Positions 29,771 through 39,327 of a DNA stretch of 64,000 nucleotides are shown one piece after another; the stretch's first letter is position 1, and every line of letters begins with the position of its first letter. This DNA comes from a virus. The position numbers and the translations under genes were made by a program. The notes under the pieces are model-generated. The model ran no database searches. It had not been told where the DNA came from and saw only the letters and a program-made list of their open reading frames with translations. The DNA lies in the IMG/VR virus record IMGVR_UViG_3300048919_000265; one strand, 5' to 3'.

Positions 29771-30397
29771 TTAATCTGAGATTACGAGTACATTTTTGTC
29801 AGGGTAATAAAACTCTACGTTGGAAACTTCGCTTCTTATCGCAGAAATCAATCTTTCATAATTAACGTCCTTAACTCCTACCTCTTTACCTATCCTAATT
29901 GTATAACCCTTATGCTGATATTCTATCAACTGATGATTTTCAGAAACCTTAGCTATTTCAAGTGCGCATGAAATGCCTTTCCTTCCGATTCCCAATTTAA
30001 ACCTATCGCTCTCCGTAAACAGGTTAGCATCACTGAGACAACCGTATATAATCTTTTGTAAGATAAATTTGCTAGAATGATGCTTAAACATGTTTCTAAA
30101 AGCAACAGTTCCCCACTCCCCAGTATAGTATTTAACTAAGGCCACTACATCTTTTTCCTGATAACCCGTCATATTAAATTGCTTAAAAACAATAGCCAAA
30201 TCTGTAGCCATCAAATCGGGCTCCAATAAGGTATTGTTCAAAACTCTTCGTAACAAATTTTCCTTTTGGCTGTTCAATTTACCTTGCAATTCCCAATACC
30301 CTCGAATTTTTTCAAATCTTATCTCATAACTTTTCATACTCTCGAGAAAATTATTTATACATGCAGTACCTTCCATCAACTCACCCCTTAATACCAA
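29771..30397 (-). CDS. hypothetical protein (about 200 aa)
   Basis: ORF in operon, overlapping the upstream gene. Confidence 0.75.
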   Translation of the reverse strand: MVLRGELMEGTACINNFLESMKSYEIRFEKIRGYWELQGKLNSQKENLLRRVLNNTLLEPDLMATDLAIVFKQFNMTGYQEKDVVALVKYYTGEWGTVAFRNMFKHHSSKFILQKIIYGCLSDANLFTESDRFKLGIGRKGISCALEIAKVSENHQLIEYQHKGYTIRIGKEVGVKDVNYERLISAIRSEVSNVEFYYPDKNVLVISD

Positions 30398-30987
30398 ATA
30401 ACCCCACCCGTGATATTAGTTATTAATTCTACAAACTGTGCATACTCGTTTGTTATATTACCAAAGTTATATTTCCTAACAGCAGAGACTTCACCTAAAT
30501 TTATACGTAAAGGTAACATGTGTTCTCCGACAACACTATAACTTATAGACAAGACCGCTATTGTGGCACTAGGGATGCTCACACTTTCTACTCTAAAATG
30601 TTCAGTTGAAATCCCATACAAGATATTCATCACTTGCGTAAGATATCTATTAATCATCCGATCTAAGTCATCCTTATTCACTTCAACGACAGAATTTGCA
30701 TTGAAGTCCTTTAGGCTGTCCCAAGACTTCAACAACCCTTCCAACATCTGCGAAAGTATAGGAGGTCCATCACTACTTCCTTCTCTACCCATTAACCTTA
30801 ATCCGTTCAAAGATGAAACACTACCTAGCACTCTGCAATCACTATAAACTACATCCAAACTATAATACTTTCCATCCAACCCACGAAATCTGAAATATTC
30901 ATACGTAAATAAACTTGTGACCTTACCATGACCTAACCATATTTTTATGCCTTTATTTTTTAGCCAAGACAATATCAATTCCTTCAT
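30388..30987 (-). CDS. hypothetical protein (199 aa)
   Basis: ORF in operon. Confidence 0.75.
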   Translation of the reverse strand: MKELILSWLKNKGIKIWLGHGKVTSLFTYEYFRFRGLDGKYYSLDVVYSDCRVLGSVSSLNGLRLMGREGSSDGPPILSQMLEGLLKSWDSLKDFNANSVVEVNKDDLDRMINRYLTQVMNILYGISTEHFRVESVSIPSATIAVLSISYSVVGEHMLPLRINLGEVSAVRKYNFGNITNEYAQFVELITNITGGVIWY

Positions 30988-30998
30988 GTTAATAACCC

Positions 30999-31688
30999 CT
31001 AAACATTTACGCTTAGTGACTTCCCAATACTTCTATTAATAAACGAAAAGTCTTCAATATCATTGTCAGCCAAGTCCAAATATCTTAAAGACCTAGACTT
31101 AAACAAACCAGAAGGCACCTCTCTGATCTTGTTCTTAGAAAAGTTTAAAGTTACGCAACTTCCAAAATCATTCTTAGTATTTGCTATATCTACTAAATCA
31201 TTAGATGAAACGTCTAACGTAAGCAATGCCGGAGGAGTAACCAGATCCCCTAGACTATCGATCTTATTCTCGGATAAGTTAAGCTCTATCAGACTAATTG
31301 CCAAATCCAAGCCCTTCGGCATGGCTCTTATTTTATTCTGTACCAAGTATAAATATTTTAGGCTTCTTGTTGCTCCAAGTGTATCGTCTTTGAGTTCAAA
31401 ACCCTTTAATTCATTGTTAGATAAGTTTAAAGTTACCAAACTACTTGGAAACAAATCAGACCCTATTACACCGTGCACAAAATTATCCGACAAATCTAAA
31501 AACTTAAGGTTACCCATATCCTTAATGAACTCAGGTACAATAGATAAATTGCACTCACTAAGATCTAAATAGTTTATCCCTGCCAAAAACTCATCTTTAC
31601 TTGCCATTGGAACTTTTTTATTCTGTACCTTTAACCTAGATTTAATAGACATAGGCAAGGTAGAAAACCACATATCTGAGCTCTTCAT
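30999..31688 (-). CDS. leucine-rich repeat protein (about 8 LRRs, no signal peptide)
   Basis: Repeated LxxLxLSxNxI/L units: YLDLSECNL, FLDLSDNFV, TLNLSNNEL, YLYLVQNKI, ELNLSENKI, TLDVSSNDL, TLNFSKNKI, YLDLADNDI. Confidence 0.92.
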   Translation of the reverse strand: MKSSDMWFSTLPMSIKSRLKVQNKKVPMASKDEFLAGINYLDLSECNLSIVPEFIKDMGNLKFLDLSDNFVHGVIGSDLFPSSLVTLNLSNNELKGFELKDDTLGATRSLKYLYLVQNKIRAMPKGLDLAISLIELNLSENKIDSLGDLVTPPALLTLDVSSNDLVDIANTKNDFGSCVTLNFSKNKIREVPSGLFKSRSLRYLDLADNDIEDFSFINRSIGKSLSVNV

Positions 31689-31697
31689 ATTGTCCTC

Positions 31698-32675
31698 CTA
31701 ATTATTGAATTCTGTTGTTTGTACCAATTCTAATACATCTCCGACTATACCGGTTTTATAGTCTGTCTCTTTATCATCTGCGCCAATTGTAGTTAAATAA
31801 ATAACAGTTGCTATTTGATCATCACCGGGCGAATCCGTAAATGCTTGAGGCGCAGGTGAACCTTTAACACGCAATACATTACCATCCAACCTCACTTGAG
31901 CGTTCTTTAATAATATATCTTTGCGAACATTAACCAGTGTTGCCCCGTCGCCTTTTAGCTTTAATCCAAACAAACCTTGTGTTTCTTTAGTTGTGTAAAT
32001 ATTCTCATCTAAACAACTTCCTGATATTAATAGATAGTTATTCTTACCACTAACAATTGCTGAATTAGTAGGTATAGTATTCAATCCTCTAAATACTTTC
32101 ACCGTAGTAGAAGAACCAACTTTAACTGCTACAAATATCACGGTCCTATCAGAATCTTTAACAACCTCAGGTGCGACCATTGTAACCATATTCACACTAC
32201 CATTAGGATAAGTATAAAAATCTTGAAAAAACCCATACTTATCCCGACTAGTTAACACTGCTGGAAATTTATCCACAACCGAAGGAGTTTTACCACTTCC
32301 TAAAATATTAGATACTCCTTCCACCAACTCCCTAAATTTAGATTGACGTGCTGACAACTTTTGGTTTTTATCTCGCACATCAAACCACAACCTACTCACT
32401 GCTGTATCATCAAACTTAGGTTGATGCTCTTTGAATATATCAACTTTAGAAGGTGCTTCTAAAGGCCGAATGTTCGTTTCTTCTGCCACACCTTTACTTT
32501 CCTTCTTAGCTACTCCTAAAAACTCCTCTCCCTCTTCCGACTGCTCGGGAAATACTTTCGAAATAGCTGTCTTTTCCACATCCGTCTGATTCATATAATA
32601 AAAATATCCTAACGAACTTATAACAATACCAGAGGTAACTAAAGCAACCACGATCAATTTACTATCTCTTAACAA
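31698..32675 (-). CDS. membrane-anchored extracytoplasmic protein
   Basis: N-terminal TM LIVVALVTSGIVISSLGYFYY; start revised to TTG 32675 behind SD GGAGGT (track 32714). Confidence 0.75.
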   Translation of the reverse strand: MLRDSKLIVVALVTSGIVISSLGYFYYMNQTDVEKTAISKVFPEQSEEGEEFLGVAKKESKGVAEETNIRPLEAPSKVDIFKEHQPKFDDTAVSRLWFDVRDKNQKLSARQSKFRELVEGVSNILGSGKTPSVVDKFPAVLTSRDKYGFFQDFYTYPNGSVNMVTMVAPEVVKDSDRTVIFVAVKVGSSTTVKVFRGLNTIPTNSAIVSGKNNYLLISGSCLDENIYTTKETQGLFGLKLKGDGATLVNVRKDILLKNAQVRLDGNVLRVKGSPAPQAFTDSPGDDQIATVIYLTTIGADDKETDYKTGIVGDVLELVQTTEFNN

Positions 32676-32818
32676 TACCTTACCTCCCACAAAAGACTTA
32701 ACCGAACCCTCCAACTTTTATACTTTTATATAGATTTCTTCAGGTTTAGTTTAGGGTTTTGAAGGAACTCAAAGAAATCGTCATTTGCTTAAAATATTTG
32801 TATAAGTTATGCAAGGGT

Positions 32819-32856
32819 AGGGTTGATCTTCTCAACAACCGCGGAAGATCAACCCT
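32819..32856. repeat. 13-bp perfect inverted repeat (agggttgatcttc-N12-gaagatcaaccct)
   Basis: Read directly in the 32715-32947 intergenic region. Confidence 0.85.
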
Positions 32857-32915
32857 TATCTACAAATTATCGCAAGATTACAAATAATTTATCCTCCTTA
32901 TTAGGAATTCATGTC

Positions 32916-32936
32916 AGGTGAGAAATTTCCTCACCT
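32916..32936 (-). other. stem-loop just after the 32948 stop, no U-tract
   Basis: aggtgag-aaatttc-ctcacct. Confidence 0.6.
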
Positions 32937-32947
32937 CAAATTAACTT

Positions 32948-33694
32948 CTAATATTGTTGTACATAAGTTACTACCTTTTCCCCGTTAATAATATCCTCAT
33001 TCTTTAAGAACTCACCTGATGGGAATATATAATCCGGATCTGAAACATCTTTAATATTATACGTCTTAAAAGAGGGTAAAGACGACGGCTGCGTATATTC
33101 CCTACCCGAAGTATCAACCTTAGTAATAACTACTATCTTATTATCTTGTGTAAAACTATTCGTATTCAAGTCAGCAACAACATCATAACCTTTAACAGCA
33201 TCTGTCAATCTTTTCGCCACAATAGCTGTCTGGGCACTTCTTACGCGTACTTCATCACCCATAACACTAACTAGTGGCATTTGAAGTAACTTACCTAAAA
33301 GAGTAGACGTCCGATCTTCAACATAGACAGTGATTCTATCACCCACATCCAAAGGACGTCCCACAATCTTACCCGATTTTGCCCCACTTTTTTGTCTGTC
33401 TTCACTTGATTCGTAAAACACATCAAAAGTATTAGGTTGTAACTGCTTCTCTAATTTAAGCTGAATAAAATATCTCTGACCAACAGGACCAATACTATAA
33501 CGATTGATAGTGTCACTAAGTCCATCATACATATTAGAACTTAATACGCCCGTCGTACTAACTGACTCTGCTGTATCATAAACCAGATTATCAACTTCTG
33601 CCTGCACACGTTGATAGCTAAAAAACGTAATCATTATCATATAAATATAAGCAATAACAAATACTTTTACGACTGCAGCGAAAGTATTTCCCAT
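32948..33694 (-). CDS. TadE/pseudopilin-like protein
   Basis: N-terminal hydrophobic helix followed by QRVQAEVDNLVYDTAE; position at the end of a tad-like operon. Confidence 0.55.
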   Translation of the reverse strand: MGNTFAAVVKVFVIAYIYMIMITFFSYQRVQAEVDNLVYDTAESVSTTGVLSSNMYDGLSDTINRYSIGPVGQRYFIQLKLEKQLQPNTFDVFYESSEDRQKSGAKSGKIVGRPLDVGDRITVYVEDRTSTLLGKLLQMPLVSVMGDEVRVRSAQTAIVAKRLTDAVKGYDVVADLNTNSFTQDNKIVVITKVDTSGREYTQPSSLPSFKTYNIKDVSDPDYIFPSGEFLKNEDIINGEKVVTYVQQY

Positions 33695-33724
33695 TAATTC
33701 ACAACCTCAGTTCTACGTATATGT

Positions 33725-33748
33725 AGGAGGGGAATTAATTCCCCTCCT
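33725..33748. repeat. perfect 24-bp palindrome aggaggggaattaattcccctcct
   Basis: Read directly; 7 bp after the stop of the 33755 gene; no U-tract on either side. Confidence 0.9.
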
Positions 33749-33754
33749 GTCTAA

Positions 33755-34330
33755 CTAGTTACCTTGAGACACTTGCGTAAATGACATACGAGTAACTCTA
33801 CCTGTAGAATCAGACTTCTTACTCATGGTAAATGTAGCAGAATCAACCACATCTTGCATATTAGTAGTTTGTGTATACGTGCCTGTACTACTTGCAAGAT
33901 AATTAACAACTACATACAATTTGCCAGTTTGGAACGCACCACTATCGGCGAAATCAACTGCACCATTACTTTGAGAAGAAACTAGGCTGCTAGTACCATC
34001 AACCAAATAACCCGATCCTTGCGCTTTAGCCATGGACATATATTGTCTAACACTAGACCCAACCGTTTTACTACTGTCATTCAAAACTTGGTCCAGCTGA
34101 TTTGTTTTAGCCATCATATTGTTACCAGTATTCATGAGCTTGTCATAGTTAGGAATAACAAGCAATGCTGCAGCAACCAGTACAATCGCAATAACAATAA
34201 TCCATACCCACAATTTATCCATTCTTCTATACACCTTACCTTTTCTTCGTTTAATTATCTTCCTTTTTCCATTACCAAAACCTGACTCGATCTCATCCTC
34301 ATATCTTCGTCTGCCTAATTTGCTACTCAT
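33755..34330 (-). CDS. pilin-like protein (alternative start ATG 34222, MDKLWVW...)
   Basis: Single N-terminal TM then a polar S/T/G-rich domain; downstream of tadB/tadC-like genes. Confidence 0.6.
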   Translation of the reverse strand: MSSKLGRRRYEDEIESGFGNGKRKIIKRRKGKVYRRMDKLWVWIIVIAIVLVAAALLVIPNYDKLMNTGNNMMAKTNQLDQVLNDSSKTVGSSVRQYMSMAKAQGSGYLVDGTSSLVSSQSNGAVDFADSGAFQTGKLYVVVNYLASSTGTYTQTTNMQDVVDSATFTMSKKSDSTGRVTRMSFTQVSQGN

Positions 34331-34338
34331 TAATTCAC

Positions 34339-34752
34339 CTACATTTGTGTATACATAATCGTGTTAGCAGAAGGTCGAGTAACTTTAAAGGAAGCAGAAT
34401 AAAAATCTAGATCAGAACTTAGTCCACCAAAATCAGAGGCATACCATTCCCTATTTAGATTTCCAGCACCGGAACCATAACTTCTATTCGATCCCCATCC
34501 TGAAACCTCTACAGTCACTCCTTCAACTCCCTGATAAAACCTGATTGCACCAATTACATCACCACCTTTTACAGTTATTCCTACAGTCGCAGCACTATCA
34601 ATAAGAGTATCTTGTTTAACTTTCTCCAGTCCATCTGATTTAGAAACAACCGTATGAACACCAGATAAAGACGCTTGCGAAAGTGTCACAAAGAACACAA
34701 CTCCTATTAGTGCTAAGGTGTCAATAATAACTGTTGACCACAACTTATCCAT
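34339..34752 (-). CDS. pilin-like protein (MDKLWST...)
   Basis: N-terminal TM; SD GAGGTG; shares MDKLW and a similar central segment (VKGGDVIGAI vs TVGSSVRQY) with its neighbour. Confidence 0.6.
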   Translation of the reverse strand: MDKLWSTVIIDTLALIGVVFFVTLSQASLSGVHTVVSKSDGLEKVKQDTLIDSAATVGITVKGGDVIGAIRFYQGVEGVTVEVSGWGSNRSYGSGAGNLNREWYASDFGGLSSDLDFYSASFKVTRPSANTIMYTQM

Positions 34753-34769
34753 TTTACACCTCTCATTAC

Positions 34770-35849
34770 TTAAAAGGATACATTAGCCATATCCATAACC
34801 TTCATCCAAGGAATGAAGAAATAGAACATCAAAAATGCCATCAGTACGAAAAATAAAGTCTGACCAAGCGAGTGTATGTTTACCACTTTCTTAATAGTCT
34901 TCCGTTTTATATCGGAACGATCATACTTGAGTTCCTTCTTGATATTCATAATAGCTTTATTAAAATCACCATTCTGAGCTTCTTCTAATTTCTCAAAGAA
35001 CATCCTAATATAAACCGTCTTCTGTTCTTTAGAAATCCTCTTCATAACTCTATCTACTGGCTCTGTATTCTGTGCCAATGCCTCTCTAATCTTGTCTAAC
35101 TCTTTTGCTATATTAGGACGGGCCTTTTCATACATAGCATCTAGTGCTATAGCAAAGGAATTATTCAGCGTACCACTTATTACAAAAATACTTTTCAAAA
35201 ACTCAACATTAGCTCTATCCTCCGCTAACATTTTATTCTTATACAAGAGCAACATAACTTCAGCCAACATGCTTGCCAAGAACGCTAGGCCAAAATACGT
35301 ACTATGATCCCACACTCGTGCTTCATAATAAGTCAAAGCACGATAATAAACTTTATTAGCAAAAGCGTTCTCATCTTCGACTAATCTTATATTATTAGTG
35401 TGAACATAATTTGAAACCATAAACATCACGTTCTCGGCTCCCATAGTCAAATACTCTTCCTTTGGGAAAGTATTAATTAAATAATTAAATGCTACAATTT
35501 CTTGCTGCAATGCATTAACCTTATCCTTAACCTCTACCTCCTGCCGATACTTCAAATCCATATCCATCTCGAGCGAAGTCAATGCTTTCTCGGTGTAAAA
35601 CGAAATGTTTGTTAACTTGATTCCATACACCATGACAAGTACTAACAAAAACAAACCAAGTTTTATCAGCATCGCCTGACTGAATTTAAGATTTGTTTCT
35701 GACAAAAATATTTCTGAATATGTGTCCGAAAATGTCTTCTTAGGAGTATTCCCATCTTGAGTATTCTTCGGTTTTCTGCGAGTTACGATAACTAATGCAA
35801 CCACAAGTAAAACCAATACCCCGACTAATACTAGCCGCCAAGTTTCCAC
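34770..35849 (-). CDS. TadC-like pilus platform membrane protein (T2SS-F-like)
   Basis: TM-cytoplasmic-TM layout; NNSFAIALDAMYE..IAKELDKI..FFEKLEEAQNGD helical domain; adjacent to TadB-like gene. Confidence 0.65.
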   Translation of the reverse strand: METWRLVLVGVLVLLVVALVIVTRRKPKNTQDGNTPKKTFSDTYSEIFLSETNLKFSQAMLIKLGLFLLVLVMVYGIKLTNISFYTEKALTSLEMDMDLKYRQEVEVKDKVNALQQEIVAFNYLINTFPKEEYLTMGAENVMFMVSNYVHTNNIRLVEDENAFANKVYYRALTYYEARVWDHSTYFGLAFLASMLAEVMLLLYKNKMLAEDRANVEFLKSIFVISGTLNNSFAIALDAMYEKARPNIAKELDKIREALAQNTEPVDRVMKRISKEQKTVYIRMFFEKLEEAQNGDFNKAIMNIKKELKYDRSDIKRKTIKKVVNIHSLGQTLFFVLMAFLMFYFFIPWMKVMDMANVSF

Positions 35850-35867
35850 TTACTCACCTTCCCCGCA

Positions 35868-36806
35868 CTATACAACCTTCTTCTCTTCTACATAACGCAT
35901 TACTCCAATGTAGGCTAACATACCAAGCAATATCATAATTTTATAAACATAACCTTTAGGGGAAACATAAAAATCTCCTAACACTGATCCCAAACTCTTC
36001 TCGCTCATTAGCTCCAACCCAGACAAAGAAAAGGGCACTATACCTGCGATGGACACCATATAAGCGCGACCTGCCCCAAAAATATCACGCTCATTATCGA
36101 TATCAAAATACACCTGTTCAGTAAGTTCTTCCAGCTGTTCATTAATTACTTCTCCACCGCCGCGAGAGTAAGCTGATTTTATAAGCGTTATTAAGATTGT
36201 GGCATACCTATTCTGGAACTCAGTTTCAAGATCCTGTAGCTGTTCTTCACGTAGTTCCAAATTCATCGTCTTAAACGCATTATAAATTTTATCTAACAGC
36301 TTCTTAACTGGAGGTTCTGAATCCAAGGCTGATAACTCAATCGCCCGCATTATGTCGTTATCCATCAAAAACCTCGATGACAAATACTTAAAACTACTTG
36401 GCATCATTTGACTAAACTTACTATCCATCCAGGACAATAATACCAAAAACGCCAAATACTCCAATACAATACTAATCACAGCATAAATAACACCCATATA
36501 CCAGAGTGGTGCAGTAACAAAACTCAGTACCAAAGAGAGAACAGCCAAGAGTATCAAACCCAACCAAACAAATGAGGCATAAATGACATTACGAGCATAC
36601 GTAGCTCCATTAATCTTGTTCAAGCCTTTAGCGGTTTGATGCACATATTTTTGTAAAAATCTATTATTGGTAATCCAAACCTGCAGCCGATCAATAAACT
36701 TTTCTTTATCAGACTTTTGTTTACTGTTAAGCTTACGCCAAAATATCGGTGCCAACTGGCTTCCAACTAATGCCAGTATGGCTATCAGTAAAATCAAAAA
36801 AATCAT
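35868..36806 (-). CDS. TadB-like pilus platform membrane protein
   Basis: FSQMMPSSF...RAIELSA...YATILITLIKSAYSRGGG..NEQLEEL is a typical TadB/T2SS-F pattern; follows the ATPase. Confidence 0.7.
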   Translation of the reverse strand: MIFLILLIAILALVGSQLAPIFWRKLNSKQKSDKEKFIDRLQVWITNNRFLQKYVHQTAKGLNKINGATYARNVIYASFVWLGLILLAVLSLVLSFVTAPLWYMGVIYAVISIVLEYLAFLVLLSWMDSKFSQMMPSSFKYLSSRFLMDNDIMRAIELSALDSEPPVKKLLDKIYNAFKTMNLELREEQLQDLETEFQNRYATILITLIKSAYSRGGGEVINEQLEELTEQVYFDIDNERDIFGAGRAYMVSIAGIVPFSLSGLELMSEKSLGSVLGDFYVSPKGYVYKIMILLGMLAYIGVMRYVEEKKVV

Positions 36807-38527
36807 TAAGAGGCCCCCTCGAAGATGGAATGCATCTTAGCGAGTTCCCTGTTCGTTAAGTGAATACTTGCCCGTTTAAAATAAGCCTCTGTTGGGACGC
36901 CTACTTTACGCCAATCGCCTAGCTCCCTATCAAACGTAAACAACTTATTAATCCGATATGGACGGCTATACAACATTTTAGAGTAATACATTTGTTCCAA
37001 CTCCAGCTTGCGCTCCATCTTCTGCTTGAGTGTAAAATCCTTACCTAAGCTCAAATCACCTACATAAATATCACGGGGCATAGGTACAATCTCAGAAACC
37101 GCCTCCACTACAATTCTACCACCACGCAGTTTGGCCATATGATACACGAGATTAATACTCTTCGCCACAGCTAATTCAGCTGCTTCACGAGTATCATATC
37201 TGTTTGTGGACATAAGAAGCTCCGTCGCATTAGGTACAACTTCTTCGTCACTAATACTGTGAATTGTAGCCCCTACACCAGAATTAAGACGAGTGGCAGC
37301 TTTAACTAGTTCACCCATTTCTTCAGGTCCGGCAATCTCGGATACACACAATACATCACGTGCTTGTTTCAAGATTATTTCAAAACACTTGGATATAGTC
37401 ATATTAGGACCCGGAGTCATCGTCTTACTATTAAGCTCAGGAAACTTCTGTGCAAGCTGCATTTCGTTCTGAGGGTCCAATACACCAATACCCCACTTCA
37501 ACGGTGTCTTAGCTAACAATGCCACAAGCATACTTGACTTACCCACACCCATATCAGCGCCGCTAACCACATACGCACCGCGACCTCTTTGATTCAAAAC
37601 CATAAAATTAAAAACGTCCTGATTAATGGTATTATAAACATCCAACATTTGCTCCAACGTCATCTTGCTTAGGGTAAAAATGCGCTCATTATAATATCGA
37701 GATGTAGCATCTGGTACAGACGAAAATCCAGCCACCGTTATCCGGCTACCATTTGCTTTAGATGCGATAACAGTAGGTTCTTTCTCCTCATACTTTATAC
37801 TAGACAAACCCGTAGCCTTACGCTGGATTGCCTCCAACTTATGTGTATGAGAAAATTTCAAAAACGAGAGCCAAATCTTAACACCCTTATAAATGATGTA
37901 AATATAACTCTTTTCCCTAAACGCCACTTCGCTAACCATCTGCAAAGTAAGACTGTCAATAATGTCACTACCATAACTGCTGGCATAAAACATCGTAGCA
38001 AGCAATTCGACCCTCTTCATAGTATTCCCAAATAAAGCGTCTAAATTCTCTTTCTCCGCTACGATAATTGCGCGCAACTTTTTAGAACTAAACTTCTCCG
38101 GATACTCTTCGGGAATATCAGGACACTTAAGCTCTTCATCTGTCAGTGCAGAGGAATCTTCTTCCTGCTCAGGCTCTACACCAATCTTATACTTATTTAA
38201 ATAATGTGACAGATCGTTATTCATCAATAATAGCTCTAACAACACATAATCTTCGTTTCGTGGATAATCATCAAAGTCAATCAATGATGCCATCTTTTCC
38301 TTGCTGCCATAACCCAAGTATCTTAGCAGCTTAACGTATAAATCTATGATATAAGTACGAGCCGCTAAATCATTAACCTCCGCCAGTTTCAACTGATTAT
38401 TAAAGTCCATAATCTCAGCCTTAGCATCTTTACTATTCATACCATAAAGTTCCGCTATTTTATTATGGTCTATAAGAATTTCCTTAAGTTCTTTCTCTAA
38501 TGCAGAAGCCGCACTTTTGTCTAACAT
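36806..38527 (-). CDS. TadA/CpaF-like pilus assembly ATPase
   Basis: Walker A GADMGVGKSS, Asp-box LDPQNE, Walker B DVLCVSEI, His-box TIHS, R-G-G-RIV..VSEI; 573 aa. Confidence 0.88.
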   Translation of the reverse strand: MLDKSAASALEKELKEILIDHNKIAELYGMNSKDAKAEIMDFNNQLKLAEVNDLAARTYIIDLYVKLLRYLGYGSKEKMASLIDFDDYPRNEDYVLLELLLMNNDLSHYLNKYKIGVEPEQEEDSSALTDEELKCPDIPEEYPEKFSSKKLRAIIVAEKENLDALFGNTMKRVELLATMFYASSYGSDIIDSLTLQMVSEVAFREKSYIYIIYKGVKIWLSFLKFSHTHKLEAIQRKATGLSSIKYEEKEPTVIASKANGSRITVAGFSSVPDATSRYYNERIFTLSKMTLEQMLDVYNTINQDVFNFMVLNQRGRGAYVVSGADMGVGKSSMLVALLAKTPLKWGIGVLDPQNEMQLAQKFPELNSKTMTPGPNMTISKCFEIILKQARDVLCVSEIAGPEEMGELVKAATRLNSGVGATIHSISDEEVVPNATELLMSTNRYDTREAAELAVAKSINLVYHMAKLRGGRIVVEAVSEIVPMPRDIYVGDLSLGKDFTLKQKMERKLELEQMYYSKMLYSRPYRINKLFTFDRELGDWRKVGVPTEAYFKRASIHLTNRELAKMHSIFEGAS

Positions 38528-38529
38528 AA

Positions 38530-39309
38530 CTACCTCCTAGTTACACCAAGCAAATACTGATTAAGTTCGTCCAACCGAGTCAAATACAATTCAGACTTGC
38601 GTTCTGAAAACTTATGCAACGTCTTATCATTGCTATGATTAATCAGTTCCGGAGAAAATGGTAACTTAAAAATCTTACCAGGTAATTGGGCTTGCATCAA
38701 TTGACTCTTCACTTCTGCTTCTTTAAACCTCAATGTAGTAGGTCCAAGAGTGTCAATATACTTGTTCACAACAAATATAATCTTCCGGGCGTGTTTCTCA
38801 TAAAGAGGAATCAATTCCCTTTTTATTGTATCTAATGATCTCATATCCTGATTAATAACAACTAAAACATAATCGGCAACATCATAGAAATAACCAGAAT
38901 CCTTATCATTTGCTTCCCTACAATCTATAATCGTATGTTTAAAAACCTTACGACTATGCTTAACAAAGCTCTGAGCCATTTCACTAGTCAAACTATGTCT
39001 TGTGTTAGGTCCCATAAAATATAAATTATCAATCGATTTAGAAGCACACTTCCGCATAAAAATTACACGGGCCTCCGCCTCCGGTGCCTCAAACATCTCT
39101 GCATTCTCAGCAGTACAAAAATCGTCTAATGTTCTATACAACGCCTGACTTGTGAGATAGTACTCCACATCCTCAGACACATTTAGATCCACGACATTAA
39201 TCACAGTGGCGTCTTCTTTCTTTGCGCTTGCAATTAATCTAGTAGCCATATTAATTGCAAGACTTGTACGACCTGATCCCCTACGCGGAGACGTAATTGC
39301 GACAATCAT
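38530..39309 (-). CDS. MinD/CpaE-like ATPase with degenerate Walker A
   Basis: MIVAITSPRRGSGRTSLAINMA, VVDLN, HTIIDC, VLVVINQD, IIFVVNK. Confidence 0.75.
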   Translation of the reverse strand: MIVAITSPRRGSGRTSLAINMATRLIASAKKEDATVINVVDLNVSEDVEYYLTSQALYRTLDDFCTAENAEMFEAPEAEARVIFMRKCASKSIDNLYFMGPNTRHSLTSEMAQSFVKHSRKVFKHTIIDCREANDKDSGYFYDVADYVLVVINQDMRSLDTIKRELIPLYEKHARKIIFVVNKYIDTLGPTTLRFKEAEVKSQLMQAQLPGKIFKLPFSPELINHSNDKTLHKFSERKSELYLTRLDELNQYLLGVTRR

Positions 39310-39327
39310 ACATTACACCACCCATTA

